From Nannocystis pusilla (lineage in GTDB: Bacteria > Myxococcota_A > Polyangia > Nannocystales > Nannocystaceae), in assembly GCF_049060185.1 (NCBI RefSeq), contig NZ_JBMEQO010000002.1: a stretch of DNA of 64,000 nt; one strand, given 5' to 3'. The notes under the pieces were generated by a model. That model was given only the letters and a program-made list of their open reading frames with translations. It did not search any database and was not told the origin of the DNA. Below, in pieces: positions 56,271 through 64,000 of the stretch. A program made the position numbers and the translations under genes. Position 1 is the first letter of the stretch. The number at the start of each line of letters is the position of its first letter.

Positions 56271-58111
56271 ATGACTCAACGATTCTACTCATCGATCCCG
56301 CTGATCTCCGCCGCAGCGCTCGCGCTGATGGTGGGCGGCGCTTGCAAGACAGTCGTCCTGCCGGGCAACGACAGCGGCGACGAGACCGAGGGCACCGGGG
56401 CACGACCGCCGGCGGCGGCACCGACGGTGGCAGCAGCACCGGCAGTGACGGCGAGCAGGGCGAGGCCAACTGCGGCGAGCTGTCGGCGCAGACCCTCAAC
56501 ATCCTCGACAAGAACTGCAAGCAGTGTCACGGGGCCGACAGCGCGGCCCTCGGCAGCATCAACTACATCACCAACCTCGACGCGCTGATCTCGAACGGCA
56601 AGGTCGTGCCCGGCGAGCCGAACAACTCGGCGATCTACCGCCGCATGGCCGCGACGATGCTGCCGATGCCGCCCGAGGGCCAGGAGCCGCGGCCGACCGA
56701 GGACGACATCCGCGCGGTCGAGCAGTGGATCGGCGAGTGCGCCGGCGTGACCGGGTGCGGCGAGAACCCGTGGATGACCCGCACGCAGGTGATCGACCTG
56801 ATCCGCAACGACCTCCTCAACACGCAGGAGATCTCGGCGGACGCGCGGCCCTTCATCCGCTACTTCAGCCTGGTCCACCTCTACAACTACGGCTGGTGCG
56901 ACGACCAGATCGAGATCTACCGCCACGCCCTGTCGAAGCTGGCCAACAGCCTGTCGAACGAGATCAAGGTCGTGCCGCCGGTGGCGATCGATCCGGACAG
57001 GCTGATCTTCCGCATCGACATCCGCGACTACGACTGGGACGCGCCGGGCCGCGTGCTCGACATCGAGACCAACACCTTCGTCGAGGAGTTCCGCGACACC
57101 TGGGAGCTCATCGCCGACAAGGACCCGTACGCGATCGAGTTCATCGGCGACAGCGCCGAGGACGTGAAGCAGGCGACCAACACCAAGTTCTTCCTGCTGC
57201 AGGCCGACGCGTTCGTCGAGGTGTCGGCCCAGCCGCCGCTCTACCACGACATCCTGCGGATCCCGCGGACCCGCCAGGAGCTCGAGGCCAGCTTCGGCAT
57301 CAACGTCGAGGGCAACGTCCAGGAGGAGATCGAGACCAACCCGAACCGGGTCGCGCGCGCCGCGTTCCACGAGTCGGGCGTGTCCGAGAACCACCGCGTG
57401 ATCGAGCGCCACGACTTCCCGAACGCCAGCAACCGCGTCTACTGGATCAGCTACGACTTCCAGAGCAACGCCGGCGACGCCAACGTGTTCGTCGACCCGT
57501 TCGGCTTCGTGGAGGACGGCAGCGAGATCATCTACAGCCTGCCGAACGGCCTCCAGGGCTACATGATTGTCGACGGCGTCGGCGTCCGCATCGACGACGC
57601 GCCGATCCAGATCGTGCAGGACAAGAACGCCCCGGACGGCGTGGTCCGCAACGGCAAGTCGTGCATGGGCTGCCACAACGTCGGCATGATCAACAAGGAA
57701 GACGACCTGCGCTGGGAGATCGACAACAACCTCGGCGAGGGCGACTTCGACGACAACGAGCTCGACGCCGTCCGCGCCCTCTACCCGAAGCGCGACGACT
57801 ACAACGTCCTGCTCGCGCTCGACTCCGACCGCTTCAACCTCGCGGTCAAGTCGGCGGGCGTGCCGCTCGGCGGCGACAAGGAGCCGATCGTCACGGTGTT
57901 CAACGCCTTCGACGAGGACGTCGAGATCCGCCGCGCCGCCGCCGAGCTGTGGACCACCGAGACGACCCTGCGCGAGAAGCTCGGGCAGCTGAGCCCCGAC
58001 CTCGACGATCTCGGCAAGAGCCAGACCGGCGTCCGCCGCGACGTGTTCACCGCCGCCTACTCCGACGCCGTCTGCCAGCTCAAGGTCGGTATCACCAAGG
58101 CCTGCAAGTAA
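56271..58111 (+). CDS. lipoprotein with two CxxCH haem-binding motifs (planctomycete-type cytochrome c domain protein), 1 frameshift
   Basis: RBS AGGAG. Lipobox LMVGGAC. Frame change at about 56400. CKQCH at the N-domain and CMGCH near residue about 465. Confidence 0.55.
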
Positions 58112-58320
58112 TCCTCACCCACCAGACCGCCCGGGCAGATCTGGCGACCTGCCCGGGCGGTCGTCTGTCGGCTCGCGGACCTGTCTGAAAAGACATCTCG
58201 TGCGCCGGCCGCCGGGGACGGGCATAGGTCCGCGCGTGGCCCGGCGCACGCGGAGTGGGCGCTCGCGCCCGTGCGCGATAGCGTCCTCGCCGCAGGGGCA
58301 CAGGTCGTGTACCGTCCTCC

Positions 58321-61207
58321 ATGGTGGGTGCCCACTCGCCCGACGACAAGCGCTCCGGGCCCTCGGACCCGGACCTGCTCGCGACTACCGACACCAAGTC
58401 GCCGGCGCTGGACGTCACCGCCCGGGCTCGCCCGAGTCCGATCGAGGAGACGGCCCTCGCGGCACCTGGTCGAAGGGACAGCACGCCGGTCCACGCGGCC
58501 TCGAGCGTCGGCCTGCGCGGCGCCGTGGTGCCGCTCGAAGACTCGCTGATCCGCCAGTCGCGTCGGATCGGCCGCTACGCGATCCTGAGCGAGCTCGGCG
58601 AGGGCGGCATGGGCGTCGTGCTGTCGGGCTACGACGAGGTGCTCGAGCGCCGCGTCGCCATCAAGGTCGTGCGCTCGCACCACCGCCAGGACGAGCGCCT
58701 GCAGGCCCGCCTGCTGCGCGAGGCGCAGGCGCTGGCCCGCCTGTCGCACCCCAACGTCGTCCAGGTCTACGAGGCCGGCACGCTCGGCGACGAGCTGTTC
58801 ATCGCCATGGAGTTCGTCCGCGGCGTCACCCTGTCGGCCTGGCTGGAGGACCGCGAGCGCTCGCAGCAGGACATCCTCACCGTCTTCTCGGAGGCCGGGC
58901 GCGGCCTGGCCGCGGCGCACCGCGTCGGCCTCACGCACCGCGACTTCAAGCCCGGCAACGTCCTCGTCGACCTCGAGGGCCGCGTCCGCGTGGTCGACTT
59001 CGGCCTGGCCGCGCTCGCCGAGCAGGCCGAGCGGCCCGCCGGCGACGAGCTCGTCGACGTCGGCGTCGAGCGCACCGTCTTCTTCGCCGGCACCCCGGCG
59101 TACATGGCCCCGGAGCAATGGCTCGGCGGACAGGTCGACGCCCGCACCGATCAGTTCAGCTTCTGCGTCGCGCTGTGGGAGGCGCTGTGGGGCTCGCGTC
59201 CGTTCTCCGGCAACACCGTCGACGAGCTGCGCGACCAGGTCCTGGTCGCCGACCTGCCCGAGCGCGTGCAGGTCGGCCCGCGCGTGGGCAAGCGGCTCTA
59301 CCGGGTGCTCTTCGCGGCCTCGCGCGCGTCCCCGACGCCCGCTACCCGAGCATGGACGCGCTGCTCGCCGACCTCGCCGGCCCGCAGGTGCGCGCGGCAT
59401 GCCGTGGTCGGCCTCGGCCTCGGCGCGGTGATCGGCCTGGCCGCGGCCGCGTGGAGCTTCCAGGACGAGGGCCGCTGCCTCGGCGGCGAGGCGCGTCTGG
59501 TCGGCGTGTGGGACCCGGCCCGCCGCGACGCCGCCGCCGACGCCTTCGAGGCCAGCGGGCTCGGCTTCGCCGACGAGGCGTGGACGCACGTGGCCGGCCG
59601 CCTCGACGCCCGCGCCGAGGCGATCGTGGCGATGCACCGCGACGCCTGCGAGGCCCACGCCCGCGGCGAGCAGTCGGAGCACCTGCTCGACCTGCGCATG
59701 GCCTGTCTCTCACGACATGTCCATGAGGTCAGGGCCGTCACCGACCTGCTGGTGGCCGCCGACGCCGGCGTGGTCGAGCGGGCGGTCGACGCAGTGGCCG
59801 CGCTGCCGCCGATCGAGCGCTGCGCCGACGTCGGGGTGCTCCGCGCCGAGGTGCCGCCGCCCGCCGATCCGGCCACCGCGCTGGCCGTCGACAACGTCCG
59901 CCGCGGGCTCGCCAACGTCGCCGCGCTCGAGCACACCGGCCGCTACGAGGCCGGCCTGCTCGGCGCCGACCAGGCCGTCGCCGCCGCCGAGGCCGCCGCC
60001 TACGCCCCCGCAGTCGCCGAGGCCCAGCTCGCGCGCGGCCGCTTGCTCGCGCTCGTCCAGCGCGACGCCGAGGCCGAGACCAGCCTGCGCGCCGCCTTCA
60101 CCACCGCCACCGGCAGCCGCCAGGACGCGGTCGCGCGCGACGCCGCGGCCGCCCTGGTCGACACCCTCAACACCCTTGGCCGCCTCGACCACGCCGAGGT
60201 CTGGCTCGAGATCGCCGGCGCCGCCCAGACCCGCGCCCCCGACGACGGCGCCGCCGCCTTGCTCGCCCTCGCCCGCAGCAAGCTGCTGTGGTCGCTCGGG
60301 CGCTACGCCGAGTCCGAGGCGCTCATCGAGCGCAGCGTCGCCGCCTACGACGCCCTCCACGGCGCCGACAACCCGGCCACCGCGCGCGCCGCCAGTGGTT
60401 CGGCACCGCCCTGTGGGCCCGCCAGGAGTTCGACCGCGCCAAGGCTGTCCTTCCGGACAGCCGCGCCCGCCTCGAGCGCGCCTTCGGCCCCGAGCACCCC
60501 GAGGTCGCCGCGGCCCTGCGCTACGAGGGCAACCTCTACTTCGTCCTCACCGACTTCGACGCCGCGCTGGCGACCTGGCGCCGCGGCCTCGACATCATCC
60601 TCCGCACCCGCGGCGAGGACGACCCGCTGGTGGTCGTGTTCCAGGGCAACATCGCCGCCGCGCTGGCCCGCGCCCGCCGCTCGATCGACGCCGTCGCCGC
60701 CTTCGAGGCGGTCGTGCGCTCGCTCGAGCGCCGCCACGGCCCCGATCACATCGAGCTGTGCACGCAGCTCGACAACCTCGCCGCGTCGTACCTCGAGGCC
60801 GGCCAGCTCGACCCGGCGCGCGCGGTCATCGACCGCTCGCTGGCGATCCGCCGCCGCGTCCTCGGCGAAGACCACGCCGAGGTCGCGCGCTCGCTGCTGG
60901 GCCTGGGCGAGTGGGGCCTCCACGCCAGGGATTACGCCACCGCCATCCCCGCCTTCGAGCGCGCCCTGGCGATCCGCGCCGGCACCGACGTCCACACGCT
61001 TTGCGCGGCCGCGCCGAGTACGGCCTGGCCCGCGCGCTGTGGCTGTCCGAGCGCGACCGCGTCCGCGCCCGCGCGCTCATCGAGCAAGCCGTCGCCACCT
61101 TCACCGCCCTGGGACCCGCCGGCTCGCTCGACCTCGCCGAGGCCACCGCGTGGCGCGACGAGAACGTGACGCCCGCCGGCGCCGCGCCGGTCCAGCCGAA
61201 GCGGTGA
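58321..61207 (+). CDS. Ser/Thr protein kinase with C-terminal TPR-repeat domain, 3 or more frameshifts
   Basis: IGRYAILSELGEGGMGVVL...HRDFKPGNVLV...DFGLA...GTPAYMAPEQ. Frame changes at about 59340, 60400 and 61000. TPR segments (EVAAALRYEGNLYFVLTDFDAALATWRRGLDI..., ELCTQLDNLAASYLEAGQLDPARAVIDRSLAI...). Confidence 0.65.
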
Positions 61208-61227
61208 GGGCACCAGGCTGCTCGTTC

Positions 61228-61292
61228 GAGCATGTCCGAATCGACATGCTTTAAAATGCATGTCGTGAAGGGCATGTCCAAATGCGCAGCCG
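61228..61292. repeat. 4-5 unit 14-bp-phased CATG array
   Basis: Cores at 61231, 61245, 61259, 61273 and a degenerate site at 61287 (GAGCATGTCCGAATCGACATGCTTTAAAATGCATGTCGTGAAGGGCATGTCC). Lies between the kinase stop and the SDR start. Confidence 0.85.
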
Positions 61293-61462
61293 ATTCGGCG
61301 AGCGCAGCTTCGTCACGGCTCGGCGGCCAGCCAGGTGCAGCCGCGACCGGGCGCCGCGGGCCGCGAACCCTCCCGAGCGGCCACGTCCACGAACGGCCGC
61401 CCGCCGTCGGCCACGCGAACATCCTCTCGCCATCGCGGGCCGGGCCGCGCTACCTTCCGCGG

Positions 61463-62204
61463 ATGCGCCACGTCATCGTCTTCGGGGCCACCTCCGCCAT
61501 CGCCGCCGAGGTGTGCGCGCTGGGCCGCGCGCGGCGATCGGCTCCACCTGGTCGGCCGCGATCCCGACAAGCTCGCGGCCGTGGCCGCCCGCTGCGCCGG
61601 TGCCGAGGTCACCACCGGGGCGGGCGACTTCACCGAGCTCGCGCGCGCCGAGGCGCTGGCGAACGAGGCCGTGGCCGCGCTCGGCGGCCGGGTCGACCTC
61701 GTCCTGGTCGCCCACGGCGATCTCGGCGATCAGCAGCGCAGCGAGCACGACGTCGCCGAGGCCGCACGGATCGTCCAGGTCAACCTCCTCTCGGTGATCG
61801 CGGTGCTGGTCCCGCTCGCCAATATGCTCGAGCGCCAGCGCAGCGGCACCCTCGCCGTCATCACTTCGGTCGCCGGCGAGCGCGGCCGTCCGCGCAACTA
61901 CACCTACGGCGCCGCCAAGGGCGCGCTGCACGTCTACCTGCAGGGCCTGCGCAGTCGGCTCTACCCCGCGGGCGTCAGCGTCACCACGCTCAAGCTCGGC
62001 CCGGTCGACACGCCCATGACCGTCGGCCACGCCAAGAACGCCCTGTTCGCCACCCCGCAGCGCGCCGCTCGCGACATCGACCGCGCCATCGCCCGCCGGG
62101 CCGTCGTCGCCTTCGTCCCGTGGTACTGGCGCCCGATCCTGTTCGTCGTCCGCCACACGCCCGAGCCGCTGTTCCAGCGCCTCGGCTTCCTGTCGGGCCG
62201 CTAG
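61463..62204 (+). CDS. short-chain dehydrogenase/reductase (SDR), 1 frameshift
   Basis: MRHVIVFGATSAIAAEVCAL (TGxxxGxG-like motif), then a frame change at about 61535, then ...ITSVAGERGRPRNYTYGAAKGAL (YxxxK catalytic motif). Confidence 0.65.
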
Positions 62205-62239
62205 GGCTCGGGGCGAGCCGGGATGGCAGCCGGGCGTTC

Positions 62240-62292
62240 GGGGCATGCCCTACAGACATGCTCTCGCGGACATGTCCCATCGAGCATGTACT
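62240..62292. repeat. 4-unit CATG palindrome array (13/14-bp spacing) between convergent SDR and WD40 genes
   Basis: GGGGCATGCCCTACAGACATGCTCTCGCGGACATGTCCCATCGAGCATGTAC with cores at 62244, 62257, 62271 and 62285. Confidence 0.8.
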
Positions 62293-62307
62293 TTCAAATC
62301 CGGAGAC

Positions 62308-64000
62308 TCAGCCGAGCTGGCCCCAGCGGACGATCGTGCCGTCCTCCGAGCTGCTCCACAGCGCCCCGCCGGCCCACGTCAGCGCCCGCACGTTGTCGGT
62401 GTGGAAGCGCAGCGTCGCCAGCGTCGCGCCGTCCGCCACCCGGTGCTGCACGATCGGCCCGGCGGGGTGGCCGATGAACAGCCAGCGCCCCTGGTCATCG
62501 AAGCAGAGGCAGCGGTGCGTCTCCGGCTCACCGTGCAGCTCCGGCGCCAGCTCGACGAGGGTCCCCGTCGCCACGTCGACGATCCGCGGGCGGTCGACGC
62601 CGATCACGCCCACGCGCGCGCCGTCGCGGCTGATCGCCACGCTCACCGCGATCGTCGGCAACTGCAGCGTCAGCAGCGTCTTGTTCTTGGCGAGGGCGAC
62701 CACGACCAGCTCCTTGCCGACGGCGATCACCACCGCCGTGTCGCACAGGGCGATCCGCGACCAGAAGCCCTTGAGCTTGAGGTTCTTGGCCCACTTCGTC
62801 GCCCCGAACGCGCGCCACTGGGCCTGCGTCGTCGGCTCGACCGCGCGCGAAGCGGGTCGATTGTACGACGTGACGCCCCAGGTCCGGCCGTCGGGCGCCA
62901 GCGCCAGCTCGCCCGCGCCTTTCTGGACCTCGAACGACTCGCCCGGCTCGCCGGCGGCGTCGAACTCGGTGATCTTCAACGACCCCAGCGGGTAGGGCTG
63001 GTAGAACACGAGAAGGCGCTGCCCGTCCGCGGTGGCGGCGATGTCGTGGATGGTGTCCAGCTCCAGCAGCTTCATCGCGCCGCTGTTCAGCTCGATCGTC
63101 ATCACCGCCGGCAGCGAGTTGGCGGGTTGGCATCTCTGCAGCGTCAGCGCGTCGGCGCGGACCGTCAGGCGCTGCGCGCCCGGGCTGTAGTCGGTCAACG
63201 ACGCGACCGGCCGCTCCGGATCGTCGACGTGCCAGATCAGCACCGCCGCGGTCGCGTGGTCGATGGCCGCGACATGGGTCGCGCTCGCGGCCGCGGCCTG
63301 GCCCGTCCAGCCCGGCATCTGCCCGGTGGCGGATTGCAGATGCGCCGTGAACCGCACCCGCTGCTCCTCGACGTCCCACACCTGCACCGCGCCCTGCGAC
63401 GCGTAGAGGGTGACGCGGCTGCGGTCGTACGCGATCGTCCCGCCGCGGACCCACTCGGGCAGGTTCTCCAGGCGTTCGATCGCACCGTCGACGAACGCGG
63501 CACGTTGCCCGGACTCGCCCAACAACCCGCGCGCGTCGGCGAAGAACGGCTCGAAGCCGCCGAAGAACGGCGAGTCGTCGAGCGTCTCGATCCTTCCGCC
63601 GGGGTGAATCGCCGCGACCGCGCCGCCACGAAGATAGATCACCCCGTCCGGGCGCACCGCCAAACAACTCGCACCCGCGATGTCCGGCGGCAGCGCCACT
63701 TCTTCCAGGGGCGCGCCCGTCATCGCATCGACGTAGCACAGCGCCACCGGCGTGCCCTCGCGGCGCCACACCAGCCGCTCTCCGTCGGGCGAGAGGGCGG
63801 CACACAGGTGTTCGCCGAAGCGGTCGCTCGCCAGCACCTCGACCACGCGCCCGGTCGCCGGCCACACGCGCACGACGACGCGGCCATTCGCACCGCCGGC
63901 CAGCGCGAGCACCGACTCGCCGTCGGGGTGCGCGACCATCCACGACACCCCGACGACCTCGACTCTGGCGCGCGGCGGCGACGGTGCCGCCGGATCGTGC
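62308..64000 (-). CDS. WD40/beta-propeller repeat protein (partial, continues beyond window end)
   Basis: Intact 546-aa minus-strand ORF to 63948, with upstream frames still open. Repeated beta-strand blades (VVVRVWPATGRV..., VQVWDVEEQRV..., TIVRWGQLG). Confidence 0.45.
   Translation of the reverse strand, partial: HDPAAPSPPRARVEVVGVSWMVAHPDGESVLALAGGANGRVVVRVWPATGRVVEVLASDRFGEHLCAALSPDGERLVWRREGTPVALCYVDAMTGAPLEEVALPPDIAGASCLAVRPDGVIYLRGGAVAAIHPGGRIETLDDSPFFGGFEPFFADARGLLGESGQRAAFVDGAIERLENLPEWVRGGTIAYDRSRVTLYASQGAVQVWDVEEQRVRFTAHLQSATGQMPGWTGQAAAASATHVAAIDHATAAVLIWHVDDPERPVASLTDYSPGAQRLTVRADALTLQRCQPANSLPAVMTIELNSGAMKLLELDTIHDIAATADGQRLLVFYQPYPLGSLKITEFDAAGEPGESFEVQKGAGELALAPDGRTWGVTSYNRPASRAVEPTTQAQWRAFGATKWAKNLKLKGFWSRIALCDTAVVIAVGKELVVVALAKNKTLLTLQLPTIAVSVAISRDGARVGVIGVDRPRIVDVATGTLVELAPELHGEPETHRCLCFDDQGRWLFIGHPAGPIVQHRVADGATLATLRFHTDNVRALTWAGGALWSSSEDGTIVRWGQLG

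Overview
The window is a 64-kb stretch of a very high-GC (about 70-72%) bacterial chromosome. Its gene content looks like a myxobacterium (Sorangiineae/Polyangia-type), or possibly a planctomycete-like lineage: eukaryote-like Ser/Thr kinases fused to WD40 or TPR domains, DUF1552/DUF1592 pairs, an ECF sigma factor, LolA, MsrB and RsgA. Gene density is high on both strands, and no rRNA, tRNA, CRISPR array or transposase was seen. Reading 5' to 3':
(1) The tail of an aryl-polyene-type lipid export module: thioesterase, LolA-like protein, MMPL exporter, lipoprotein.
(2) A small secreted protein with a tandem operator-like array upstream, and a vWA membrane protein.
(3) Two paralogous secreted glycine-rich proteins of a family otherwise expanded in protists, with a tandem repeat between them.
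(4) Secreted alpha/beta hydrolases.
(5) A FAD monooxygenase lying divergent from a ThrRS catalytic-core paralogue, an O-methyltransferase and an M16 peptidase pair.
(6) An OmpA protein, a hybrid histidine kinase and a Leu/Val dehydrogenase.
(7) A bacterial major vault protein (MVP) homologue immediately upstream of a radical-SAM/SPASM maturase and a zinc-ribbon repeat protein, followed by an HTTM (vitamin-K gamma-carboxylase-like) membrane protein and a ParA-like/TPR ATPase.
(8) GFA, GNAT, DUF1552/DUF1592, MsrB, RsgA, a WG-repeat protein and an ECF sigma factor.
(9) Two large Ser/Thr kinases (one with WD40, one with TPR), a di-haem c-type cytochrome lipoprotein, an SDR and a WD40 beta-propeller protein.
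Two features affect the whole window. First, a previously unnamed family of CATG-centred palindromes (core GACATGTC / GGGCATGTC, and a 20-bp form TGTC-N6-GACAKGTCG) occurs at more than 20 loci, almost always phased at exactly 14 bp in arrays of 3-7 units. Most copies are intergenic; some lie inside genes, including a 75-bp in-frame tandem repeat in a kinase. Second, about 30 of the recognisable genes can only be reconstructed by joining two to six reading frames, roughly one frameshift per 1.2 kb, mostly at G/C homopolymers. That points either to an indel-rich, unpolished assembly or to massive pseudogenisation.
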